From Podarcis filfolensis (lineage: Eukaryota): a stretch of DNA of 64,000 nt. Positions 23,721 through 35,516 of the stretch are shown piece by piece (position 1 is the first letter of the stretch; each line of letters starts with the position of its first letter). The translations under genes and the position numbers were made by a program. The notes beneath the pieces are model-generated. The model saw nothing but the letters and a program-made list of their open reading frames with translations, was not told the origin of the DNA and made no database searches. The stretch lies in the NCBI GenBank assembly GCA_964270895.1, contig OZ185438.1; one strand, written 5' to 3'.

Positions 23721-23790
23721 ACAGGCTTTCCCCCCCAGACATGTCTTTTATAACCAGTCAGTATTATGTGCTGCAGACAGTGGCCAATCA
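23720..23790 (-). promoter_or_regulatory. Promoter P1 (CCAAT + TATA), probable MIR99AHG-type lncRNA promoter
   Basis: Minus strand TATAAAAG at 23752-23745; GGCCAATCA at 23782-23790, about 65 bp upstream of a predicted start near 23720. Host-gene identity comes only from recalled synteny (USP25 followed by MIR99AHG on the same strand). Confidence 0.55.
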
Positions 23791-24042
23791 GTAAGCTCCT
23801 TTCTACAGCAATGACACAATAGGTGCAACTGGCCACACTGTCCTCCTAGCCCCTGACAGCAGTTCAGGTTCATTTACCGTGTGCTGGAAAATGTGTCCGC
23901 CTTTAATATTTCAATTTTTTTAAAAAAAGCCATCAGCAGCGGCATCCTCCTTTCTTTTAACTATAATTACATCAGCCTAATTACTGTGTATGAGCTGCAG
24001 TACCACCGTTCCAAAAAAAAAAAAAAAAAAAAAAGGTCGCAT

Positions 24043-24050
24043 TGACGTCA
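24043..24050. promoter_or_regulatory. Perfect palindromic CRE (TGACGTCA)
   Basis: Exact motif with intact CpG about 325 bp upstream of the P1 predicted start, inside the TE-free island. Confidence 0.5.
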
Positions 24051-24225
24051 CCTGATATAAATGTGCATGAACACGGCTGGTGATTTAAATAATAAAATGC
24101 ATCAATTGCTTATGCTTCTCACCCCCACCCACACCATCCATCGGTGCTTCCATCCTTTAACTAAATGAATTGAGAGCACATGGGGAAAATGCAGGATCTG
24201 CTTTCAAACCTTCTTTCCTTCCTCC

Positions 24226-24730
24226 ATTTATTTATTTATTTATTTATTTAACCTTTCCTTTCCCATTTTTCATTGTAGCCTTCTGCTAAGAAACTGAAAA
24301 GACAAATATGCTTTCAAGTCGGCAAATGCGCAAATAGATAGGGCAAAGCCAAAGTATTACCCCTAACCAGATCCTGGGAAATATATCTGCATCTGCACCA
24401 TCACAGACCCACAGAAGTGTGATGATCGTTAGATGCATAGGGTGGCTATATATGTACGTATCCAACAGTTTGATAATTAATAGACTCCCTTGTAGCCGTC
24501 CCGGAAACTATTCATCTGGCCAAAAGATTAAATCATCACTTTTCATGTATTAGTTCAATATAATTGGTCACGTTCGGGGCGGGTGGGGTGGGGTGGGCGA
24601 AGAGCTGCCATGCTAATTTTTGTGGTTTTATGCATGGGATTTACATATTCATGAAGAGAATAGCTGTGATGACCACCGACAGAGCAGAATGAAAAGAAAG
24701 AGCACAATTCTTCAGAATACAGATTGCTTG

Positions 24731-24770
<40 letters not shown>

Positions 24771-25182
24771 AAGAAGGTAAATGATGTAGCATATGGCAAC
24801 AAGAAGAGGAAGCTGTCTGGCTTTTATTCAAACCTCAAGATTTCTATGGTTTACGAACCTCTGAATATAGGCATAAGGTGCATTTATATTATTAATTACC
24901 TTTGTCTGATAGCAGGAGGAAAAGAATACTGCTTAGACCCGTTTGCTCCACATGTTCATTGTTATAAATTACACACACATACAAATATGGATTGTTAGAT
25001 GGCATTTTATTAAAGATGCATAAAATGCTTACAACAGAGGAACGCTTCTCCGTGTCGCGTCCCACCCCACCCTTGGTTAAATTAACCATTTTTAGATCTG
25101 GTTTGTACAGGGAATTGTATATTGCGATTAAGATTTATTTATTTATTCATACATACATACATACATACATACATACATACAT
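24226..25182. repeat. Microsatellite cluster: (ATTT)6 at 24226-24250, (AC)18 at 24734-24769, (CATA)n at 25148-25182
   Basis: Read directly from the sequence. Confidence 0.9.
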
Positions 25183-25225
25183 GAATTCGTTCCATAGCAT
25201 GGATTGTCATAAACTCAACTAAGTA

Positions 25226-25620
25226 CTGGGGGGGGGGACAGTTTAGTACTCATTTTCAAGTGAAAGTTCAAACTTTGCACTTCCCGAAATAATATGCAAA
25301 CAGAAACACAGCTATCCTTCAAAATTTGCATGTCTTCAATTTTTGTTGTGCAGTTCTTCAACAAAAAGTGTGTACAAAATGCATATATCTGGGGAAAGTG
25401 TGCAAAATGTGCATAAAAACACATTAGTAAAAATGCATCATAAGGGAAATTGCAAAAATATGCACATTTGGAGATATACACAATATAAAACGGATGAATT
25501 CCCTTGAAAACTTCTTTTAAAAAATCACAAATGCTTGTAGAAATGTGACAAATTAACCCAAGTCTGGAAAAATAGGAAACTAATTGAAATCAAAATTGAT
25601 AGTTTCCTGCATTGCTACTA
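25226..25620. mobile_element. Unclassified squamate interspersed repeat (AT-rich, aaatgcatata/aaagtgtgca subrepeats)
   Basis: Internal short subrepeats; resembles a lacertid MITE family from memory. A possibly related fragment ending cccatccctaa lies near 50010-50217. Confidence 0.45.
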
Positions 25621-25661
25621 AGAATCCACATTTCCTCTCTCTGCAAATGCAGGTGTTAAAT

Positions 25662-25971
25662 CAGAGGTCAGCAACCTTTTTCAGCCTTGGGCCGGTCCAC
25701 CATCCCTCTGACCATGTGGTGGGCTGGACTATATTTTGAGGGGGGAAATGAACGAATTCCTATGCCCCACAAATAACCCAGAGATGCATTTTAAATAAAA
25801 GCACATATTCTACTCATGTAAAAACACCAGGCAGGCCCCACAAATAACCCAGAGATGCATTTTAAATAAAAGGACACATTCTACTCATGTAAAAACACGC
25901 TGATTCGCGGGCCGGATTTAGAAGGTGATTGGGCCAGATCTGGCCCATGGGCCTTAGGTTGCCTACCCTTG
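25662..25971 (+). mobile_element. hAT-type MITE with an internal 71-bp tandem duplication
   Basis: TSD tgttaaat/tgttagat (7/8); unit gccccacaaataacccagagatgc…gtaaaaacac at 25764 and 25835; sister copy at 43125-43440. Confidence 0.88.
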
Positions 25972-26113
25972 TGTTAGATGAATAACCTGAAAGGGTCTAT
26001 CTGAAGGTCGCCCACTTTTTTTTAATCTTTCCATTTTTATATTCTTGCCATAGTATGACTGCCAACTAATTACTGATCACTGCTCCATTAGCAGTCTTAC
26101 TTTAAACAAATTA

Positions 26114-26355
26114 CAGTGGTACCTCAGGTTACATACGCTTCAGGTTACATACGCTTCAGGTTACAGACTCCGCTAACCCAGAAATAGTACCTCGGGTTAA
26201 GAACTTTGCTTCAGGATGAGAACAGAAATTGTGCTCCGGCGGCGCGGCAGCAGCAGGAGGCCCCATTAGCTAAAGTGGTGCTTCAGGTTAAGCACAGTTT
26301 CAGGTTAAGAACGGACCTCCGGAACAAATTAAGTACTTAACCTGAGGTACCACTG
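26114..26355 (+). mobile_element. Tigger-type MITE, family A
   Basis: TA|CAGTGGTACCTCAGGTT…AACCTGAGGTACCACTG|TA with a long perfect TIR. Confidence 0.92.
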
Positions 26356-27759
26356 TACAATCAAATATGAAAATAAATAATATAGACGAAATCTGGAGGA
26401 AAAGCTAACTAAGCAGTGAACTAATTTTAATTCCCTTAAAAATCAGCCTGACATACAACATGGATAGAAAAGCATGTGCAGATAACTTTCTGGGAAAGCA
26501 ACTTGTTATATTTAGCCCTAAATAGAATCATGTAACCAGCTGGCACTGCAGGTCTCTAGATCAACCAATGACCAAAAGCAGATACTCTTCACCCTATATA
26601 CCCCTATATATTAAGCCACATTTTCCGGATTATAGTGTGTCACAAACACAGAACAGCAGGGAAGTGTGTTATCGACCTGCTGGTAGCCAATGATTTAATC
26701 AGACATCTATAGTAGGGCAAGATCCAGCCCAGGTGTGGAGTGATCACTTGAAATCAGTGGGGCTTATAGATGCCTAACTCTATCTAGATCACCCTCATTA
26801 GATTCTATATGGTAGATAACACTGAAAAAAATAATTGAATTATCTCATACATAATGTAGCATAATAAAGACTAGCAGTTATGGTTATAATTCAGTTTCCA
26901 CAAGTCAGATGCGTTTTCAGGTCTTCTAATTTATACAATTAAGAGTGCTCAAATTAAAAAGGTTCATGCATCACATTAAATCATGGTTAAAAATAAACAA
27001 TAGTTAAAAATAAACCATGGCTTAATGTGAATGAGCAGAGTGCAGGGTCATGCTGCTCAAAGGTCCTCATTTTGCTCCTTCCCCACTCCTGCTGCTGCCA
27101 TGTCAGAGAAATGCAAACAAACCAGAGGCTGGCCTCATCTGATAGGTAAATTCGCACACTGGTGGTTTGTTCTTCTCCAAACACAAACAAGCAGAACATG
27201 AGCAGAACAATACTCTCCTCACCACTCTTCCCACCTGTGATTCCCAGCCACTGGTATACTGCCTACAACAGTGGAAGGTGAATATAATATTATCCTCCAT
27301 GAATTTGTCTAATCTGCGAAGCAGAACTTTCTTTTGTCAGCCCTGCACCTTCCAATATTCAGGTTTCTTGGATGTCCCCAGTTCTAGTGCTATGAGAGGG
27401 AGAGAATTTCCTCTCCGTATCTGCATTCTCCAACCATGCATAATTTTATACACCTGTCACTTCCCCTCTTGCTCACTCTTCTGTCCTCTAAAAAGCCCCA
27501 AATGTTGCAACTTTAACTCAAAGAGGAAATGGAAAGAGGCAAGTCATCTTGAGCCTGCTAATGTATTTCCTCAATGGGTTATTAAAACTTCCTACTGCAC
27601 GCTTAGACAACATCTGCCTCCTGCTCACATCTTCATTCACAGCGCAAGTTACACTATCTGTAGCTTCTGTTCGTTTTATGTATGATTAGAACACTCATTT
27701 GCACTCCAACTGTTCCACTTTTCCTGGAGCAGCCGCAGTTCAGAGTCCTGACCTGACTA

Positions 27760-28009
27760 CAGTGGTACGTCTGGTTGTGAACTGGATCCGTTCCGGAGCC
27801 CAGTTCGCAACCTAAAAGGAACGCAACCCGCATCTGTGCATGCACGGGTCGCGATTTGCCGCTTCTGCGCATGCACGTGACATCATTTTGTGTGTCTACG
27901 CATGCATGAGCGGCGAAACCCAGAAGTAACCCTTTCCGGTACTTCTGGGTCGCCGCGGGACGCAACCTGAAAAGACGTAACCTCAAGCAAACGTAACGAG
28001 GTATGACTG
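27760..28009. mobile_element. Tigger-type MITE, family C (CpG-rich)
   Basis: TA|CAGTGGTACGTC…GAGGTATGACTG|TA; internal gcgcatgc/gcatgcac repeats. Confidence 0.8.
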
Positions 28010-29039
28010 TATATCATTTTTCTCAGCCTTTTTTTTGTGTGCACCTATACAGGCACACACCTGTATATCAAGGTTATGTTAGGAAAGAAGAGCAAATCCT
28101 ACCTGCTGCACAGGAAAACAATCTGAATACAGAAGTCTCATCTCTAGTTCATCCGTTCCTTACTCAGATAAGGGCACCCCTCCCTACGGCACACTGTAGT
28201 AGAAACTTGATTCAGAGCTTGCCCCTAGCTCCCAGTTCTTTAGAGTATAGGGTTTTGTGTCTTCCAAACCACACTAGCACCCCAGCCAGGCTTACCCATG
28301 CACCATCTGCTACCATTTCCACCAGGCTGAGAGTGCTGGCTTCAAACCTAGCAGTGGTAAGACTACAAATCCTTCTTACCTTCACATCTGCAATAGCCCA
28401 AGGATTAATTTCCTGCCCTGCATTATACAAGGCAAGCTATTGTGAGTGGAGGTGTTCATTATTAGAACTGTCACCAGAAGCATGTGTCTCACTTATGTTC
28501 TGAACCACCCTTGAAAGCTATGTCCATCCTACAATAAGAAGTTTCCGTTTCTTGTTAAGTCACAGCTATATAGAATGGGAACACTATATGGAGAGCCCAG
28601 TCAAAATCCTGCAGCTGTTCCTGGTGCGTTGGCACAGTATAGGCCACGGGGTAGACCTCTTAGCAGACTAGGAGCCCTGCAAATAAATCAGCTGTTGGAT
28701 CTTTAGCACTCTTTGTCCCACCTACTCTGGAGGGCTTCTTTAAGTCTTGAGACCCAGGAGCACCAGTGCAGCTTGGCAATGCTAGATTTTGAGGGGGTTC
28801 TTTAACCAGGAATGCTATGTTTGTGGGTCCAACTGCTCATTCTGTTGAGGGGAGTTTTGGACTTCTGTCCCAAAATTCTGTCTTGGTCAGTATCACTGCC
28901 CAGGAGGAATGAGGAAGGGAAAGGCTTCAACTGAAGAGAGGTCCAACTTTCTTTCCTGCTTGGTTGTGCAGCGTAGCAATTATCCAGTCAGCGCTAGCCT
29001 CTCAACCTGCCTAGCAGCCAACTAGTGAGTATATTCTTC

Positions 29040-31443
29040 CAATAGAGAAACAAGGGATTCCACCTGATGTCAAGCACAGAGAACAGGTTTAGCTCTTATT
29101 CAAGTCACTTATGTCGGAGAGGATGTCAGCAGTTAGGTTCATATAGCCATATGTGGTGGAAATGCAGGCCTGTACAACTATTTTGGAAATTCATATTTGA
29201 AGAATATGAAGAACAAAGAAACAGTGGGGTCACTCAGAGGAGAAGATGGTGAAATGCAAACAGGGGACACAGAAAGGGCTGAACTCCTCAATGCCTTCTT
29301 TGCCTCAGTCTTCTCCGATAAAGAAAACAATGCCCGACCTGAAGAATTTGGAGCAAATGATTCAGCAGAGGAAACACAGCCCAGAATAACTAAGGAGATA
29401 GTACAAGAATACTTGGCTAGTCTAGATGTATTCAAGTCTCCAGGGCCAGATGAACTGCATCCAAGAGTATTAAAAGAACTGGCAGATGTGATTTCAGAAC
29501 CACTGGCAGTCATCTTTGAGAATTCCTGGAGAACAGGCGAAGTCCCGGCAGACTGGAGGAGGGCAAATGTTGTCCCAATTTTCAAAAAGGGGAAAAGAGA
29601 GGACCCAAATAATTACCGCCCAGTCAGTCTGACATCAATACCAGGGAAGATTCTGGAGCAGATCATTAAGCAAACAGTCTGTGAGCACCTATAAAGGAAT
29701 GCTGTGATCACCAATAGTCAGCATGGATTTCTGAAAAATAAGTCATGTCAGACTAACCTGATCTCATTTTTTGACAGAATTACAAGCCTGGTAGATGAAG
29801 GGAACGCAGTGGATGTAGCCTACCTTGATTTCAGCAAGGCATTTGACAAGGTGCCCCATGATATTCTTGTAAAGAAGCTGGTAAAATGCGGTCTTGACTA
29901 TGCTACCACTCAGTGGATTTGTAACTGGCTGACTGACCGAACCCAAAGGGTGCTCATCAATGGTTCCTCTTCATCCTGGAGAAGAGTGACTAGTGGGGTG
30001 CCACAGGGTTCTGTCTTGGGCCTGGTCTTATTCAACATCTTTATCAACGACTTGGATGATGGACTCAAGGGCATCCTGATCAAATTTGCAGATGACACCA
30101 AACTGGGAGGGGTGGCTAACACCCCAGAGGACAGGATCACACTTCAAAACGACCTTGACAGATTAGAGAACTGGGCCAAAACAAACAAAATGAATTTTAA
30201 CAGGGAGAAATGTAAAGTATTGCACTTGGGCAAAAAAAATGAGAGGCACAAATACAAGATGGGTGACACCTGGCTTGAGAGCAGTACATGTGAAAAGGAT
30301 CTAGGAGTCTTGGTTGACCACAAATTGACATGAGCCAACAGTGTGACGCGGCAGCTAAAAAAGCCAATGCAATTCTGGGCTGCATCAATAGGAGTATAGC
30401 ATCTAGATCAAGGGAAGTAATAGTGCCACTGTATTCTGCTCTGGTCAGACCTCACCTGGAGTACTGTGTCCAGTTCTGGGCACCACAGTTCAAGAAGGAC
30501 ACTGACAAACTGGAACGTGTCCAGAGGAGGGCAACCAAAATGGTCAAAGGCCTGGAAACGATGCCTTATGAGGAACGGCTAAGGGAGCTGGGCATGTTTA
30601 GCCTGGAGAAGAGGAGGTTAAGGGGTGATATGATAGCCATGTTCAAATATATAAAAGGATGTCACATAGAGGAGGGAGAAAGGTAGTTTTCTGCTGCTCC
30701 AGAGAAGCGGACACGGAGCAATGGATCCAAACTACAAGAAAGAAGATTCCACCTAAGCATTAGGAAGAACTTCCTGACAGTAAGAGCTGTTCGACAGTGG
30801 AATTTGCTGCCAAGGAGTGTGGTAGAGTCTCCTTCTTTGGACGTCTTTAAGCAGAGGCTTGACAACCATATGTCAGGAGTGTTCTGATGGTGTTTCCTGC
30901 TTGGCAGGGGGTTGGACTCGATGGCCCTTGTGGTCTCTTCCAACTCTGTGATTCTATGATTCTAAGAAGTTTCTTGTATTGCAGGACAGGTTCATCCAAG
31001 GCTAGCTTTATTAAATCTGTTTATGGATGACCATAATAATTTATTTTTTAAGGACCTTTTTCATGTCTGCAGCTAGAAATATAAGTAATTACACAATCCA
31101 GAAAACAGCTATTCTTAACTCTGCTAGAGGCATGGTGGGATAGAATATGAAATATAGTCATTATGATCATAAGAGCACTCAGGAACACAAAGGCCAAAGA
31201 TGATTTTGAAATGATACGGTACATGTTTATTCAGTATGCTGAAAAGCCCAACGTTGTCCCCTCACCAGCAGCTATCCATAGCTCACTCTGGGACAATCTG
31301 TTAAGGAAGAGAGCAGAAGACCCTTACTGTTTGACTGTATCATTTACTCTGTATATGCATTGAATGTTTCTTGCTGGGTATCAGTATATGGGGATTGTTT
31401 GTTATTTGTATTTTTTGAAACTGAAAAATAAAAAGTTAAAAAA
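29040..31443 (+). mobile_element. Degenerate L1/Tx1 ORF2 3' end, interrupted by a CR1
   Basis: CCHC-like CRRGCQQLGSYSHMWWKCRPVQLFWKFIFEE continues after the CR1 as VSCIAGQVHPRLALLNLF…; T-rich 3' UTR and A-rich tail near 31425-31443. Left boundary approximate. Confidence 0.65.
29205..30963 (+). mobile_element. 5'-truncated CR1 LINE (1.76 kb), RT domain nearly intact
   Basis: ORFs 29197-29694, 29704-30333 and 30330-30686 carry CR1 RT motifs (KSPGPDELHPRVLKEL, YLDFSKAFDKV, GVPQGSVLG, KFADDTKL); stops at 29692 and 30684, a frameshift near 30327; (ATTCTATG)n tail; TSD aagaa (29200-29204, 30964-30968). Confidence 0.96.
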
Positions 31444-34400
31444 GCACAGAGAACAGAATAATTGAGCTGTATACCAAAGCATGTTTTGGGAAAGTGACTT
31501 TAAAGAAATGTGTGTTGATAAATTGCCCTTGGCCTGCACATGTGGAATTGTTGAACAGAAGGGCCCTGAAAATGTTTATAGTACAACACTGTTTAAAGGA
31601 AAACTAGGGATCGTAAATAAAGACCCAAAATAGAAAGAAAAATAGAAACTTTTGCAAAGAAAAAAGAAACACAACATAAACAACCACAAGATTGAACAAT
31701 ATTTAAATATAAACAGAAGACAGCTAGATTTAATAAATATAATTGAGGCAAGTAAAGCATTTACTGACAAAAGCAAGAAAACCAATAAACTCTTGGCTCA
31801 CTGTTTAGAGGAAAAGTAATAAATGATTCCTCTGGTGATGTCCAAGGAGGACCTACAGAAACTTACTAACTTTAATAAACAACTTATTACTACATTAGTA
31901 ACTTTTATTAAGATATCAGTCGAATAATCCAGTTCATCCAGCATTAAGCAAATTATTTTTAAAAAAACAGCAAATAGTTAACATTATTGGAGGACAGGCA
32001 ACTTCCCAGTTACAGAAAAACACACAACGTGCACACACTTAAATTCCCTATCCAAATAAATTATCTGTGAAGTTTTTATAGCCTGAATTTAGATTCACTA
32101 ATCCCTCCACTAATTAGTCTCCTTCATAAACTTCAAATTCTGGACACATTGACTAAAGCCATGATTATGCGTCTACAACGTTCAGTAAGGACCAGCCCTC
32201 CAAGTATGCAGACCAATTGGGTGCTGGACTGTGTCACAGGACTAGGAAATGACTGACCCACATTAGCTAAGAATCCAAAATCCCAGTACATGACTTGCCC
32301 TTAAAATGCTGCCAGCCTGTGAAAATGCATTAGATAAGTGAGAGTGACATAATGTAAAAGTGAACATCCAGCTAAAGTTTGCTCAGTGGAAAAAAGATAT
32401 TATTGACCCTTCCAAGGCAACCTTAGCATGTCTGCTTCTCCTTACAGAACAGCCACACTTAATGTACGATATCACTGTCTTATCCGCTAAATTAGTAGCA
32501 TTATATATTGCAACACCACCTCATTAACTGGAAACTATAGCCACTTAGGGGCAACCCTGGTTGTATAATTACAAGTTTCGTGCTTGGATTCCTCTTACTC
32601 GTTTCCCAGCTCACCTCTCATGCTGGAAGAAGGCAGGAGAGGGGCAATCCTAATGAATGCACATTGAAAATCACACACAAGGATTTAGCTGCGTGATGCC
32701 CCTAAGAACCAGCAGGGGATGCTAAAAGATTTAGCTGCTTAGCAATGTACACCTTACTGTTGATGGTAAGACACAATACATTTGATATTCTACCTACGCT
32801 TTCACCCAGGGCACATGTAAGGTTAATAAGAAGTTGAAAGAAAAGCATGCTAGTCTAGGTCTCCAGGATAAAGGCACAAGCAGCCTGTCACAGCCAGTCC
32901 TCAACCTTCTTGACTGACTCAAGTTATTGCCATGCATCTGATAGCAAATGATGCTCTGATGTTAGCTATTCAAAACAGACTATTGCAAGAATCTCTGTGG
33001 TTTGGTTTAAACAAGTTAAGGAGTATTATAAGAGAGTTCCTCAGTTGCTCCAAGTAAATAATTTTCTATGCAGCTCTTGTGCATGTCTGAACATGAGCAT
33101 TCAAATCCTCCATGGCTTAAAAAAAAAACCCCAAAAAACTATGCAGGATGCTCTTCACAACGAATGGTCCTTCAGAAATCTCATGACTAAGACAGAGCCT
33201 TCCCCATGCGTAAATTAAATTCCAAGGATGAAACAAAAACATAGTTGGTCACCCACATCTGAGTTACCTTCAGTGTGTGAACTGAAAGCCTTGTGTGCTG
33301 TTCCCTTGGTTGCTATTGCCAAAAAAAGAAACTGAAGGAAAACCTGAAGGTGCAGAAATGCATGGGATGAGGAAACAGAGGCAACGGAGAAAGTGGAGAG
33401 AGAGAAAACAGATGATCAGAGATATAAATGCCGAGAGACGTGGGGGGCGAAAAGCACTGAAAATTTTTCAGTTAACGATGTGGCAGTGCTGACCTTCTAA
33501 CCTGAAGTGGTGCAAAGAGAGATCACTAGGAGGTGCAGAGTGAAAAGGGATGGTGATCAGATGGCAATACAGAAAGTTGTGGTGGAAAAGGGTTAACTGA
33601 TGGAATTCAGAGGAAAACCCAGAAAGGAGTGCTATAAAGAGGACATGAGGAGGGTCTACAGAAGAAGGAATAATATGAGCTGTTGTGTTTGCAGGGAAAC
33701 CTTAACAACACTAGAGAGACAAGCAGGTATGGCACTCTTATTCAATGCCATTGCCAGGTCCTAAGCCTTCCTGTTCAACCTGTGGCATCCATTCTGTTGA
33801 TTATTCACCTATGCTCTAGTCTATTTGAAAGTTAGATACAATTACTTTACATCTATTCTATCATACCTTGACCAGCCTTAATCAACTGCATTTGTTTAAA
33901 TGGAAATAACAGCATGTCGCAGCATTTCTGAGCAAACAAGTTACTCAAGCAATAGTTTTGATGGTTCTTAAATGTAGTTGCACTGAAGGCCAGCATTTTA
34001 GTTTGCTTATTTCTGGAAAATGTGCATAACGTTTGGCCTTATAGTCATTATGCAAGAGGGTTCTTGAAAGGCTTCCGAATAAAACTCAATTGTAACATTT
34101 ATATTTGTTAGAATAAATGTCAAATAAAGAACATTAGTAGTTTGCATGAATGCAAAGAAAATCCTAAAAATATTATTGCATGATAGGCTCATTATGCTTT
34201 CCAAATGCTACCATATTAGTAACAAGCAACAATTATGAAACATTCCTATATAAATACAACATATCCAGAGGCCAAGGTTTATGCAGCAGAGAAGATCTAC
34301 CTTACACTGCAATTATAAGTGGCAGCTGGAACATCAGGCAAAAAACTTTTTTTAAAAAAAATTCCGCCATCATTGGTCAAAGGCTTTCTCCCAGTGAATC

Positions 34401-34649
34401 TGATGTGGTGGCGGTGTGATTTTCTAAGGTCATATAAACAGCAAACTCATAGCAAAATGTATTACCGTATTTTAAAAGAGAATTGGGGATGAGTTAGCAG
34501 CCAGCAGCAGCTCTACTTAGATGATTGCAGTTTATGGGAGCTCGTGTACTGGACTCGTAAGCAGGGGCATTTGCAAGAGCACTTAGTGGAGAGTTTGAGG
34601 GGGATGTCTGGAGCACTGTCTCATGGTCCACGTAGGACCTGAACCAATG

Positions 34650-34856
34650 GATTCAACTTACAAGAAAGGAGATTCTGACTAAACACCAGCTGTTCAACAG
34701 TGGAATGAGGTGGTGGGCTCTCTTTCACTGGATGTTTTAAAGAAGAGGTTGGATGGCCATCTGTCATAGATGCTTTAGTTGAGATTCCTGTGTTGCAGGA
34801 GGTTGGACTAGATGACCCTCGGGATACCTTCCAACTCTTACAATTCTATGATTCTG
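34650..34856 (+). mobile_element. CR1 3' fragment (second subfamily)
   Basis: aaccaatggattcaacttacaagaaaggagattc…gagattcctgtgttgcaggaggttggactagatgacc…caattctatgattct. Confidence 0.85.
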
Positions 34857-35419
34857 AAACAAAGGGGGTGAGGTTTCACTTGACCTACTTTAATGGGAGA
34901 GCAGTTGATTGAAGGAAGACATGAACAAGACTAGAGAAATGGCACATTTTTTCAAATCACTTCTTCAGTACTTTCTGCCAAAATTTATGTTGCCAGAAGA
35001 AATACTGGACATCCCATGAGGGTGCTTTCTGGGATCCTCTCAAGTGTGGAATGCATTGCAAGTGCCCACGTTTTCCACCTCTGCTTAATATGCATTAGCA
35101 CTAAACAGAGAATGTGCATCGCGAAGAAAGATGCATTAAAGCCAGCATTGGCTTCAGAACTGAAACAGAAAATCCCGCATTGCCTGAAATACAATCAGAT
35201 GTTATTTTGTGGCAGTATTAAGATTATATTTCTAATAAACACCACAAACAGTTTTAATAGCTGGAATGGTTTTTCTCTTACATAAGCGGAAGTAACTTAA
35301 ACCAGCTGAGCCTGAGAACATAATGGAGGCCTGCAGTGTCTGAATTTGGCTTTAAACTATTCACTGCATATTGTTGGTCACTGATGACACCATATGGAAC
35401 CTGATTCAGCCTTATGCTA

Positions 35420-35516
35420 AGTTACAGTGCACTCCTAACTATGTGTACTTAGAAGTTAGCCCTGCTGGATTCAATGGGGCTTATTCCTGGGTAAATGGGC
35501 TTAGAATTGCAGCCTA
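35420..35516. repeat. Short palindromic MITE-like repeat
   Basis: tacagtgcactcctaa…ttcaatggggcttattcctgggtaa…ttagaattgcagccta with inverted ends; a degenerate relative lies near 41555-41640. Confidence 0.5.

Noticed and set aside
27167-28503. Long plus-strand ORFs of 172 aa (27167-27685) and 166 aa (28003-28503)
   Set aside because: Near-cognate starts, Cys/Ser/Leu/Phe-rich random-like composition, no domain or splice context.
29197-30686. Longest ORF set in the window as a host gene
   Set aside because: CR1 reverse transcriptase with stops and a frameshift.
33290-33720. Purine-rich plus-strand stretch with a Lys/Arg/Glu-rich ORF
   Set aside because: Compositional bias only; no homology, periodicity or termini recognised.
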